This document shows, in pieces, positions 32,605-44,246 of a stretch of DNA of 64,000 nt (within the stretch, counting starts at the first letter, position 1; every line of letters starts with the position of its first letter). Both the position numbers and the translations under genes were made by a program. The stretch comes from Shigella phage CT01, in the sequence record OK018184. One strand, written 5' to 3'. Below the pieces are notes generated by a model that worked only from the letters and a program-made list of their open reading frames with translations, did no database searches and was not told the origin of the DNA.

Positions 32605-32624
32605 AGGACTCCCGAAGGAGTCCT
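32605..32624 (-). terminator. Hairpin terminator downstream of 30.9-like ORF
   Basis: AGGACTCC-CGAA-GGAGTCCT hairpin followed by T-run on minus strand. Confidence 0.55.
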
Positions 32625-32628
32625 CAAC

Positions 32629-32805
32629 TTATGCTTTCTGCTTACCAAAACGAGAAGCATCATCTCGAAGAACCGCACGTGCTCGGCGCATGATCTTCTC
32701 AACAGTTTGATTGATACGAGAGTTCGACCCACGCTTGTAACCAGCGCGTTTAGAATCACCAACTTTCTTTTCAACTGCTTTCTTTGCTTTAGCTTGTTTT
32801 GCCAT
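32629..32805 (-). CDS. Small basic protein (T4 30.9-like position)
   Basis: 58 aa from ATG at 32805 (MAKQAKAKKAVEKK...); lysine/arginine rich. Confidence 0.55.
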   Translation of the reverse strand: MAKQAKAKKAVEKKVGDSKRAGYKRGSNSRINQTVEKIMRRARAVLRDDASRFGKQKA

Positions 32806-33022
32806 TATAAATTCTCTTTTAAATGAAAATGCAGGACTTATTGGCATTGCCTGCGCAAGCCCTCAAGGGGAACATAGGTTTTTGAATATTTAACGACCAG
32901 GATAACCATAAACCCGTCATCATACCTTATAGCTCTTATCTGTTGTACACCGTTAGCTTAAAGGTTCCGGGTTCGATTTCTCGAGGATAAGATATATACT
33001 AAGGCAGTGAATCTCCAATAAA

Positions 33023-33271
33023 TTACTTCAGTGTTACCACAAAGTGACGAACTGCTTTTCGTGCAGCAGAAGCCAGAGGCTTAGCATACTTAAGTTCATC
33101 TTTTTCCTGGAGCTCAGCAGCTAATGCAGTTTGAGCAGGATTCAGATGTTTGAAATAACGCAGGATTTCAAGAGCTTCGGCTTCAACATCAATAGATGCG
33201 CCATAGTTTTCGTGACCATTATTCCATGCGTTTCGTTGCAGTTCAAGAGCGTGTTGTAATTGTTTAATCAT
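33023..33271 (-). CDS. rIII: Lysis inhibition accessory protein rIII
   Basis: 82 aa, T4 rIII length; synteny between the 30.x block and gene 31. Confidence 0.8.
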   Translation of the reverse strand: MIKQLQHALELQRNAWNNGHENYGASIDVEAEALEILRYFKHLNPAQTALAAELQEKDELKYAKPLASAARKAVRHFVVTLK

Positions 33272-33418
33272 TTAAAAATTCTCGTTAGAGATTAAAACTC
33301 GGTAGTCACGTTCTTCTGAATTTCATCTTCTTTCGACAGATCTCTCAGTTGTAGACTACCACGTAGAATTGTTCGGTTAACTTATTATTCCGACACCCAA
33401 TTCATATTATTATTTATA

Positions 33419-33754
33419 TCACTTATAAAGACACGGAATAGCTTTATAGTGACAAGTAACGAATTTTTGTTTAATTTCTTTTGGCTGCTTAAGACCCAGA
33501 GCTACAAAAGGATGCGGAACGTTTCGAATTTGACCAACTGGAAGAGAAGTCAAATCACCAACTTCACAGAAACCTTCAGGAACATCAGGACCAACAGAGT
33601 GAACTACACACAGTTCAGGAACTTCACCTTGAACACGTTTACCGATAATGAGTCCTGATTCTGTAACTTCTTCATCACCGGCTTGCGCAGGTTCAGAAAC
33701 TAAAATAACATATTCACCGACAGCACGAATTGGTAGCTGTTGTACTTCAGACAT
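33419..33754 (-). CDS. 31: Co-chaperonin gp31 (GroES analogue for capsid folding)
   Basis: 111 aa, T4 gp31 length; synteny. Confidence 0.85.
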
Positions 33755-33810
33755 CGTTTTTCCTTTTTGTTAACAGATGAATTAATAATAACAAATAATT
33801 CTTAAAGCAT

Positions 33811-34119
33811 TTATTTACCAATAAATTGAAGCAAATGCTCAACTTTCATACCATTAACGGAAATCAATTTGTCAATAGAAAAACCTCGCCATGCACCAAG
33901 CTCAACATCAAATACTGGAATCATATCAGTAGATTCTTTCCGAGTAGATTCAGTCAATTTACCGGTTTGCATGGTTGGCATAAAGTCTGCATCACGAGTA
34001 CCTTTCATAGTACGAATAGTACCATCAGACTTTTCAAAAACCACGTTTGAAATACCCATGGACAATTTAGTTTTCAAAATTTCACGAATTGCTACTTTTT
34101 GTTCAGTCGTCAGTTTCAT
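33811..34119 (-). CDS. Hypothetical protein (T4 31.1 position)
   Basis: 102 aa ORF. Confidence 0.6.
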   Translation of the reverse strand: MKLTTEQKVAIREILKTKLSMGISNVVFEKSDGTIRTMKGTRDADFMPTMQTGKLTESTRKESTDMIPVFDVELGAWRGFSIDKLISVNGMKVEHLLQFIGK

Positions 34120-34356
34120 TTATTTACCTATCACAGTTTTAATATGGGTTGTTCCACGTTCTTTAAGAGTGGAAAGCAATTTTTGACATTTTTCTAAATC
34201 AGACTTCCAACTATGCGGTCTATCAATACAAACCCAGTTTGACTTATAATACTGCTTCCATTTAGAGAAAAAATACTTCTTATACTCTACAGCAAATGAA
34301 ATGTTCTCGTTGGAATAAGAACTAATTGCTGTGAGTTGTACCAAACGAAATTTCAT
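34120..34356 (-). CDS. Hypothetical protein (T4 31.2 position)
   Basis: 78 aa ORF. Confidence 0.55.
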   Translation of the reverse strand: MKFRLVQLTAISSYSNENISFAVEYKKYFFSKWKQYYKSNWVCIDRPHSWKSDLEKCQKLLSTLKERGTTHIKTVIGK

Positions 34357-34937
34357 TATTCACCACAGAATTCGTTGATATTTTCCCAGTTTAACTTATT
34401 TAAGTTTTTCTTAGGAACATTAAACACTTCAATACCCGCATTTCGCAGAATATCATCCCAGCCAGGTTTATTTTTATCGTATGTTTCGCAATAAACCAGC
34501 TTTTTAATTCCAGATTGAGCTATCGCTTTTGCACAATCTGGACAAGGAGAAAGTGTTACATACATAGTAGCACCTTCAATTGAAGAACCATTTCGTGCAG
34601 CAAACAAAATCGCATTTAGTTCAGCATGAATTTCATTTTTAGACGACCATTCAGAGTGAGCGGCGCGGTGTTCTTTCGCCAAGACAAAACGATCAGTTGA
34701 ACCAAATGATACACATTCAGGCTTATGACCTTGAATGATAGTATGTTTAGGCTTATTCAACAACCAGCCTTGTTCAGCAGCATAATCGCAGCAATTCACA
34801 CCACCAGCAGGTGAACCATTATATCCGGTAGAAATAATGCGTCCGTTCTTTTCAATTACTGCTCCTACCTTCCAGGAGCAACATTTTGATTCTTGTGATA
34901 CTAAATATGCAATTTGAAGTACTGTACTCGCTTTCAT
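34356..34937 (-). CDS. cd: dCMP deaminase
   Basis: 193 aa, T4 Cd length; cytidine/deoxycytidylate deaminase zinc motifs (HAE...PCxxC). Confidence 0.9.
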   Translation of the reverse strand: MKASTVLQIAYLVSQESKCCSWKVGAVIEKNGRIISTGYNGSPAGGVNCCDYAAEQGWLLNKPKHTIIQGHKPECVSFGSTDRFVLAKEHRAAHSEWSSKNEIHAELNAILFAARNGSSIEGATMYVTLSPCPDCAKAIAQSGIKKLVYCETYDKNKPGWDDILRNAGIEVFNVPKKNLNKLNWENINEFCGE

Positions 34938-35272
34938 TTCATAATCACCAGATAAGCAGATTTAGCAGTTTCAACACGATAAATTTCGTGACGAAGTTTA
35001 GTTATACTTTTAATAACAGAACTAATTATATTCTGCCCATCTTTAAAGCGGTTTTTCTTATCAATAAAAATTGCGCCAACCATCTTTTTGTGAAGCTCAA
35101 CTGGATACTTCGTCACAATAATAGCATCATACACAGAAGGATGAATACTATTCACTAGAGTGTCATTCATTAAAGTTATTCTAATGAACTGTGCTGTTTC
35201 AGAATCAAGCGCTCTATGATCGCCAGTATCATTTTCAAGACAATTATCAATTATATCAGTTAAATTCATCAT
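34934..35272 (-). CDS. Hypothetical protein (cd.x region)
   Basis: 112 aa ORF. Confidence 0.55.
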   Translation of the reverse strand: MMNLTDIIDNCLENDTGDHRALDSETAQFIRITLMNDTLVNSIHPSVYDAIIVTKYPVELHKKMVGAIFIDKKNRFKDGQNIISSVIKSITKLRHEIYRVETAKSAYLVIMK

Positions 35273-35505
35273 AGTACGCCATACACCCTTTGTGCTTCAA
35301 CTAATCCATCAAAATCCAGTTTAAGATGTGTTATTTGGTCACCATCACCTGGATTCACAATTACTAATACTGAACGAGGAGTTTCGGTAATAACACGAAC
35401 CGACGTTTCAGGAAATCGTTCAGAAACCTTATTTACCAATTCTTGAGCAAATAGTTTAACTTTTTCTTGGAATTCTTTAACAGTAATTGGTTTTTCGCTT
35501 AGCAT
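35269..35505 (-). CDS. Hypothetical protein (cd.x region)
   Basis: 78 aa ORF. Confidence 0.55.
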   Translation of the reverse strand: MLSEKPITVKEFQEKVKLFAQELVNKVSERFPETSVRVITETPRSVLVIVNPGDGDQITHLKLDFDGLVEAQRVYGVL

Positions 35506-36026
35506 GTTGATCCTAGCTCCTTACTTTCAACGTTTTTAACTAATTTGACAGAAACTAATTCAGCATCTTGGGTAATCATTACCGGGCCTTCTTCATACTC
35601 TTCAAGATATTCTAGAGCTTTCTTTTTAGCTTCTTCCTTCGTATCAGTTTGAGCATAGATATAAAACATACAACCAGTAATACCTACTACTTTCCACTTA
35701 ATTTCTTTATCAGTTTTAATTTCAAATTTACTGATAGAGTCATCTTTTTGAACTTCTTCGAAAAAATAATATTCTGACATATAAGTAATTGAAAATAGCG
35801 GGCTATCTTTATAAGATTCGCCCATTACATCAACAGCTTTATACCAGCAATCGTCAATTTCGCGTTTAATGCTAATAACATTTTTCGCAGGATCTATTTT
35901 TACTTTAAATGAATTTTCCCCAATAAACTGAGCAATTCGTTTATTAGCCCCGCAAGTTTCATTAAAAATATCTTTATATCCAGCTTTAAAGCGATAAACC
36001 TTATCTTCTTCAAACCATTCGCTCAT
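35499..36026 (-). CDS. Hypothetical protein (cd.x region)
   Basis: 175 aa ORF. Confidence 0.55.
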   Translation of the reverse strand: MSEWFEEDKVYRFKAGYKDIFNETCGANKRIAQFIGENSFKVKIDPAKNVISIKREIDDCWYKAVDVMGESYKDSPLFSITYMSEYYFFEEVQKDDSISKFEIKTDKEIKWKVVGITGCMFYIYAQTDTKEEAKKKALEYLEEYEEGPVMITQDAELVSVKLVKNVESKELGSTC

Positions 36027-36088
36027 TTCAATTTCCTCATTTGTTTTGGTAGAGCTATAATATCACAACTCTACCTTAAAGTAAACTA

Positions 36089-36364
36089 TTAAATTGCTTT
36101 GAATTCTGATGTCTGCGATTCAAAGCGAATATCGCCTTTGATGACTAGCTCAGCATCAAGACCGAACACGACAATGATATGCGCGGAGCCTGGATACAGC
36201 GTAATGGCGATAGAATCAACCTGGTCTGGAAGCAAAGTGTTCAATACATGAGTCACTTGAGCATGAATTCGAAGCTCAGCTGCGTTATCAAGCTTTTCAA
36301 ACATATTATTAGCGATAATTTGGCTAAACACTACTTCTACGATTTTAGAATAAGTCGGAAACAT
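36089..36364 (-). CDS. Hypothetical protein (cd.x region)
   Basis: 91 aa ORF. Confidence 0.55.
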   Translation of the reverse strand: MFPTYSKIVEVVFSQIIANNMFEKLDNAAELRIHAQVTHVLNTLLPDQVDSIAITLYPGSAHIIVVFGLDAELVIKGDIRFESQTSEFKAI

Positions 36365-36366
36365 AT

Positions 36367-36567
36367 TTACCTCACATAATTTTCTTCAAGCCAATCAATA
36401 ACATCCAACGCATTATCAAAAGTTGAACCATCTACTTTGTCTTCTGTTTCATAATCAAGAACATCTAAACCTACTCTTCCATCAACAATAGGCCATAAAC
36501 AAAATAGATATTTCTTTTCTTTTTCAATCTTATCGCAAAGACGATAAATCTTTTCTATGTTATTCAT
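36367..36567 (-). CDS. Hypothetical protein (cd.x region)
   Basis: 66 aa ORF. Confidence 0.5.
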   Translation of the reverse strand: MNNIEKIYRLCDKIEKEKKYLFCLWPIVDGRVGLDVLDYETEDKVDGSTFDNALDVIDWLEENYVR

Positions 36568-36756
36568 AAGTTTTCCATGGTAAAGGCAGTTTAGTTTTCT
36601 TTACTGTTAGTTCAACATCAGGATTCTTTTCTCTTAATTTAAGACATTCCTCCCAAGCCCTAATTTCACTAGTGAATACACAAAATTGCCCATTACTAGT
36701 ACCAACTAAACCGCTATTTACAATAACAATAGCCCAAGTTTCATGATGCAAAGCCA

Positions 36757-36757
<1 letters not shown>
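36560..36757 (-). CDS. Hypothetical protein adjacent to pseT
   Basis: 65 aa ORF. Confidence 0.5.
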
Positions 36758-37978
<1,221 letters not shown>

Positions 37979-37982
<4 letters not shown>

Positions 37983-38209
37983 TTATTTTTCTCAACCAAT
38001 GATTGAATATAATCATGCAGATCTTTAGATGCTTTACCCCATTTATTTTGGTATTCATTTTTAAGATTAGCCCGAGATTGAGCTAATAAAACATCATTAG
38101 TTGGAGGTAAAGATTCTAATCGTTGAATCTGACGTCCATAAATCATTGCAGCCATCTCTGATTCATAAATCAATCCTTTGAGATGTTCAAATTGATGCCA
38201 TGAAATCAT
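37979..38209 (-). CDS. Hypothetical protein
   Basis: 76 aa ORF. Confidence 0.5.
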
Positions 38210-38505
38210 TTACATTTATCCTCTTTTAGCTCTTGACGATAATAACATATCATAGTTTTTTGGTCATGTACATATCGTTTTACATCATTAAGCCAAATAC
38301 GAAATTCCTGGGAATCTTCAAATAGCATACCGACCCAAGCTTTACCATCAATAACTTTAACTTGCCAAGATAGTTTAGCTTCATCATATGACTTTATTTG
38401 CACAGGCCAATTAGGATGAACTGTTTCTTTCTTTACTTCTAGAGGCTTTGTCGAACAACCAACTAGAAGACCAATAGATAATATTACTGCTGATAGTTTA
38501 ATCAT
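38206..38505 (-). CDS. Predicted lipoprotein
   Basis: 99 aa; N-terminal signal peptide with lipobox (LLVGC). Confidence 0.55.
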   Translation of the reverse strand: MIKLSAVILSIGLLVGCSTKPLEVKKETVHPNWPVQIKSYDEAKLSWQVKVIDGKAWVGMLFEDSQEFRIWLNDVKRYVHDQKTMICYYRQELKEDKCK

Positions 38506-38855
38506 TTAGAAAGGTCCTGGATGTCTTCTGCGAACTTGTTGAAGGAGTTGTTGATTTGTTTTTCAACCAATCCTGGCTTATGAGCCACCACATCCGCCTT
38601 CTTTGCATCTTTGCGCAGTTTTTCATTTTCACGCTCAATAGCAGCAATTGCCTCACGATTTTTATTATTCATCGCATCAATATAATTATACTGAATTCGC
38701 AAATTATCTAATGCTAAAGCGTTTTCATTGGCCGTTTTTGTAATTTCAGTAACCGATGTTTCTAATCTTTCTACCTTATTTTTTAAAATAATAGATGTTC
38801 CGCCAAATGCTATTACAAGTAATAGCAATCCAGCTGTAAAATTACTTACATGCAT
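38502..38855 (-). CDS. Predicted membrane-anchored coiled-coil protein
   Basis: 117 aa; N-terminal hydrophobic helix (LLLLVIAFGGTSIIL). Confidence 0.55.
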   Translation of the reverse strand: MHVSNFTAGLLLLVIAFGGTSIILKNKVERLETSVTEITKTANENALALDNLRIQYNYIDAMNNKNREAIAAIERENEKLRKDAKKADVVAHKPGLVEKQINNSFNKFAEDIQDLSK

Positions 38856-39349
38856 AAAGTTTTAATAACCTCTACAATATCGTCTTGAGAAAGACCGTTA
38901 ATTAAAATATGATGTTCAGCTGGAGATTTAGAAATTTTAAAGCATGCCTCAACATCTTCTGCCATATCCGATGCGCTACGATTTGGATTGCTAATTCCAA
39001 GACGATGTTTTCCCGTCAAAGGATTAACGATGATGTAGCATTTACAGCTATTAATGTGAACATTAGGTTGAGTCTGATTAATGAATACTTCGCAATCATA
39101 TTTCGCAAGCTGATTTTCTAAAAAGACTTTCATCTCCTCAACCGCATCAGGAAGCATATCACGGGCTTGCTCAAGACGACGATTTCGATATTCTTTAATG
39201 GTCGTTTTCCGCTTGACTTGCTTAGCTAAATCTTTCTTAAGATCGGTGATATATCCAACTCGACGATTTCCTTTAAATACAGAAATCCCATCTGTAGTAT
39301 CACCATATGCTTCAACGACCATTTCAGTAGTAATAAGCTGTAAATCCAT
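38846..39349 (-). CDS. alc: Alc, inhibitor of host transcription on cytosine-containing DNA
   Basis: 167 aa from ATG at 39349, T4 Alc length; synteny next to gene 63. Confidence 0.8.
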   Translation of the reverse strand: MDLQLITTEMVVEAYGDTTDGISVFKGNRRVGYITDLKKDLAKQVKRKTTIKEYRNRRLEQARDMLPDAVEEMKVFLENQLAKYDCEVFINQTQPNVHINSCKCYIIVNPLTGKHRLGISNPNRSASDMAEDVEACFKISKSPAEHHILINGLSQDDIVEVIKTLCM

Positions 39350-39412
39350 CATAAAGCCCTCATGTTATGTCAGTAAGTCTACTATAACACAACACGAGGG
39401 ACTTGTAAACAG

Positions 39413-41000
<1,588 letters not shown>

Positions 41001-41027
41001 AATAAAATGGGCCTTGCGGCCCACTCC

Positions 41028-42179
41028 TTAAAAGTATTTTTTAAAACTCATCATAACTTTATCATCAACATCATTATCAATCTGTGCAACAAGGTAAGAT
41101 GACAGTTCTACTTCTTGTGGCGCGGATTGAACATTATCAGAATTAAGGTATTCACGAATCCAAGGATATGGATGTTTAACCGGAGCATCGGTAATTGGGC
41201 ATGGAAGACCGCACTGTTTCATACGAGATACAGTTAAGTAATCAATAAAGCTCCACATGCTATTTGTATTTAATCCAGGAACATCGCCATCTTTAAATAA
41301 ATGAACTGCCCAATCTTTTTCTTGGCGGTTAACTTCCATGAAAATATTAACTGCTTCTTGTTCACACTCTTGAGCAATTTTAACCCATTCGCCGCCATCA
41401 GTACCGGATTGAAGTTGACGAATAATATATTGGGTGCCTTTAAGGTGAAGCTGCTCATCACGTGCAATGAACTTCATAATCTTGGCATTACCTTCCATGA
41501 TTTCCATGTTCTTATGGAAGTTAAAGGTACATGCAAAAGATACATAAAAACGAATAGCTTCTAAGGCATTAATAACGTGCAAACAGAGGTAAAGAGATTT
41601 CATTAGTGCTCGTTTAGCTTCGGCTTCTTGTTTAATAGCTCGATTTAAACGAAAAACAGCATCAGGAGATTCTTTAGCTAGTTCTGTAAATTCTTTAGCA
41701 TTTTCCCATTCACGGGTTTTAGTCAGAACATCATCATAATAGCGACCGATAGATTCAGCACGTTTCATGATAGCTTCATCTAGTACAATCTCATCAAATA
41801 CCTTCGATGGATCAGTATAAAGATTTCGCATGATATGGGTATATGAACGGCTATGAATAGTTTCACTAAAAGTCCATGTAGCAACCCATGTATCAAGACT
41901 TGGGTCTGAAATTAATGACATAAGTACTGCAGACGGTGCACGACCCTGAATGCTATCTAGAAGTGATTGATACTTCAGGTTGTTAGTAAAAATATCTTGC
42001 TGATACTGAGGAAGCTTGTTAAATTGTGCAGCATCCATCATTAAGTTTACTTCTTCAGGACGCCAGAAAAATGACAACTGCTTTTCGGTTAAATCTTCAA
42101 AAACTTTATGACGTTGAATATCATAACGCGCAATACCAAGACCTGAACCGAAGAACATAGGTTCTTTTAAAACATTCAA
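41028..42179 (-). CDS. nrdB: Ribonucleotide reductase small subunit NrdB (no intron; start codon uncertain)
   Basis: 383 aa ORF continuous with class Ia R2 sequence; track start is a TTG preceded by an in-frame stop; first ATG is at MFFGSG. Confidence 0.85.
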   Translation of the reverse strand: MNVLKEPMFFGSGLGIARYDIQRHKVFEDLTEKQLSFFWRPEEVNLMMDAAQFNKLPQYQQDIFTNNLKYQSLLDSIQGRAPSAVLMSLISDPSLDTWVATWTFSETIHSRSYTHIMRNLYTDPSKVFDEIVLDEAIMKRAESIGRYYDDVLTKTREWENAKEFTELAKESPDAVFRLNRAIKQEAEAKRALMKSLYLCLHVINALEAIRFYVSFACTFNFHKNMEIMEGNAKIMKFIARDEQLHLKGTQYIIRQLQSGTDGGEWVKIAQECEQEAVNIFMEVNRQEKDWAVHLFKDGDVPGLNTNSMWSFIDYLTVSRMKQCGLPCPITDAPVKHPYPWIREYLNSDNVQSAPQEVELSSYLVAQIDNDVDDKVMMSFKKYF

Positions 42180-42309
42180 CTAAATTTTCCTTATCATCAG
42201 AACCTCCCATACATCTAGGGATTATATGATGTGTCTCTTTATATTCTGATAAAGATTCCCGAGCCTGAGCTCGGGAAATTAGGTCATTATAGATTTTTTG
42301 ATAATTCAT
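42121..42309 (-). pseudogene. Truncated HNH homing-endonuclease remnant (mobE-like position between nrdA and nrdB)
   Basis: 62 aa ORF starting 7 nt after nrdA stop; contains HNH-like HHIIPRCMGGSDDKENLV, then runs out of frame into nrdB. Confidence 0.55.
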
Positions 42310-43091
42310 TACAATTTACACGCTGCGCAATCATCGGCTTTTGGAGTTTCTATTTCGTAATCATCAGTACCGGAACCATCACGAGTATTATGATAATAGA
42401 AGTTTTTAATGCCATAATACCATCCGTATAGCATGTCATCAATCATTACAGACATTGGAACCTTTCCTTTTGGAAAAATCTGCGGGTCATAATATGTATT
42501 CGCTGAAGCTGATTGACATACCCATTTCAGCATAATAGCTACCTGCGTAAGATAAGGTTTATTGCCTTTCTTAGCTAATTTCCACGTATAATCATAGAGG
42601 TCTATGTTATGCTCAATATTGGGCACGACTTGATTAAAGGAACCCTCTTTTGATTCTTTAACAGAGACTGGTCCACGTGGAGGCTCGATACCGTTTGTAC
42701 TGTTAGAAACTTGGGAAGATGACTCACATGGCATAAGTGCTGATAATGTGCTATTACGGATGCCAAAGAGCTTAAGGTCTTCCCGCAGCGACGACCAGTC
42801 ACAAACGTATTTTGGAGCTGCGATTTGGTCAATCTTTTTATTGTACCAGTCGATAGGTAATTCGCCTCGAGACCAACGAGTGTCTGAATAATATTCGCAA
42901 GGTCCTTTTTCTTTGGCGAGCTTAATGGATGCTTTAATGAGCCCATACTGTAATCTCTCAAATAGTTCATGTGTTAAATCGTTAGCATCTTCATAAGAAG
43001 CAAAGTTACTTGCCAGCCAAGCTGCATAGTTCGTAACACCAACACCGAGATTACGACGCTTTTTAGCTTTTAAAGCTTCTGGAACCGGATA

Positions 43092-43239
43092 ATCTTGATA
43101 GTCTAACAGGTTATCAAGTGCACGTACTTGAACTTCTGCTAATTCATTAATTTTATCTTGGTCTTGCCAATCGAAGTTATCCAACACAAATGCAGATAAC
43201 GTGCACAATCCAATTTCAGCATCAGGACTATTCACATCA
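43092..43239. repeat. 148-bp direct repeat, left copy (nrdA codons for DVNSPDAEIG...LLDYQD)
   Basis: Identical to 44099-44246. Confidence 0.9.
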
Positions 43240-44098
43240 GTTCGACGCGTTGTTCTTGAAGACGGATCACATACTTGGACTGCTAAACAAGATTTTAATG
43301 GCGCAGTTAACTTTAACTCTACTGTTAACCTTAATAACACTACCACATTTAAAACAGAAGTTAAATTCCGCTCGTTGAATGCATTCCGTATGTATGGCGG
43401 AAAATTTGGTACATTTTTACGTAATGATGGAGAGAGTCTTTATATTCTTTCCACCGACGAAGATGATCAAGATGGAAACTTTAATACAAATAGACCTTTC
43501 CGTTATGAATTAAGAACTGGTGATGTTACTTTGGGTGGTGTTAGTGGTGCTAACGTTTTAAAATTAAAACGTGATTCTCTCACCGCATTTTTTGGCGGTG
43601 ATATTAACATGAAAGGCACGATGACTTTTGACGCCGGACGTTTAGGGTCACGAGATTATTTTAAATTTAACCATTGGGGTGATAGCAATAACGCTCGTGA
43701 TAACATCATCCAGTTAGAAGATAGTCAAGGCGCTCATTTTTCCACTGAACGTACTTTAGCGACTGGTGCAATTAAAACTCGTTTCTTTGGCGAAACATTC
43801 ACTGATGGTACATTATACCTAAATCAGATGAATAATAGCTCTGAACGATTCCATATCAATAATTGGGGAAATTCAGAAGTTGGTCGCGCGGCAGTGATGG
43901 AAGTCGGTGATTCCAAAGGTTATCACTTCTATACGGAACGCAGGACAGATAACAGTTTGACATTTGATGTTGCTGGCACTTTTACCGTGCATGGACCTAC
44001 CGGGATCACTATCAAAAACTCTGTTGGTGCTCGCCACATCTGGTTTAAAGATGATAGCGATGCAGAAAAGGCTGACAGTTTAATTACCTTCCGCAGTG
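43240..44098 (+). other. Insertion within nrdA: 835-bp fragment of tail fibre gene 37 (sense on + strand) plus 24-bp filler of unknown origin
   Basis: 43240-44074 matches gene 37 at 60946-61436 except that it also contains the 344 bp absent there; 44075-44098 matches neither locus. Confidence 0.85.
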
Positions 44099-44246
44099 AT
44101 CTTGATAGTCTAACAGGTTATCAAGTGCACGTACTTGAACTTCTGCTAATTCATTAATTTTATCTTGGTCTTGCCAATCGAAGTTATCCAACACAAATGC
44201 AGATAACGTGCACAATCCAATTTCAGCATCAGGACTATTCACATCA
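44099..44246. repeat. 148-bp direct repeat, right copy
   Basis: Identical to 43092-43239. Confidence 0.9.

Noticed and set aside
32940-33000. Possible tRNA gene (T-loop-like GGTTCGATT)
   Set aside because: No acceptor or T-stem pairing could be built around the motif on either strand; T-even tRNA clusters lie elsewhere in the genome.
42309-43346. N-terminal 36 residues of the 345-aa ORF covering the nrdA 3' half
   Set aside because: Those residues are antisense translation of the inserted gene 37 fragment. Only the part from DVNSPDAEIG onward is real NrdA sequence; no evidence for a fusion protein.
43201-44157. 318-aa plus-strand ORF inside the nrdA region
   Set aside because: Not a gene in its own right. 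It is the translated gene 37 fragment carried by the insertion, with no promoter or ribosome-binding context, ending in filler and nrdA antisense sequence.
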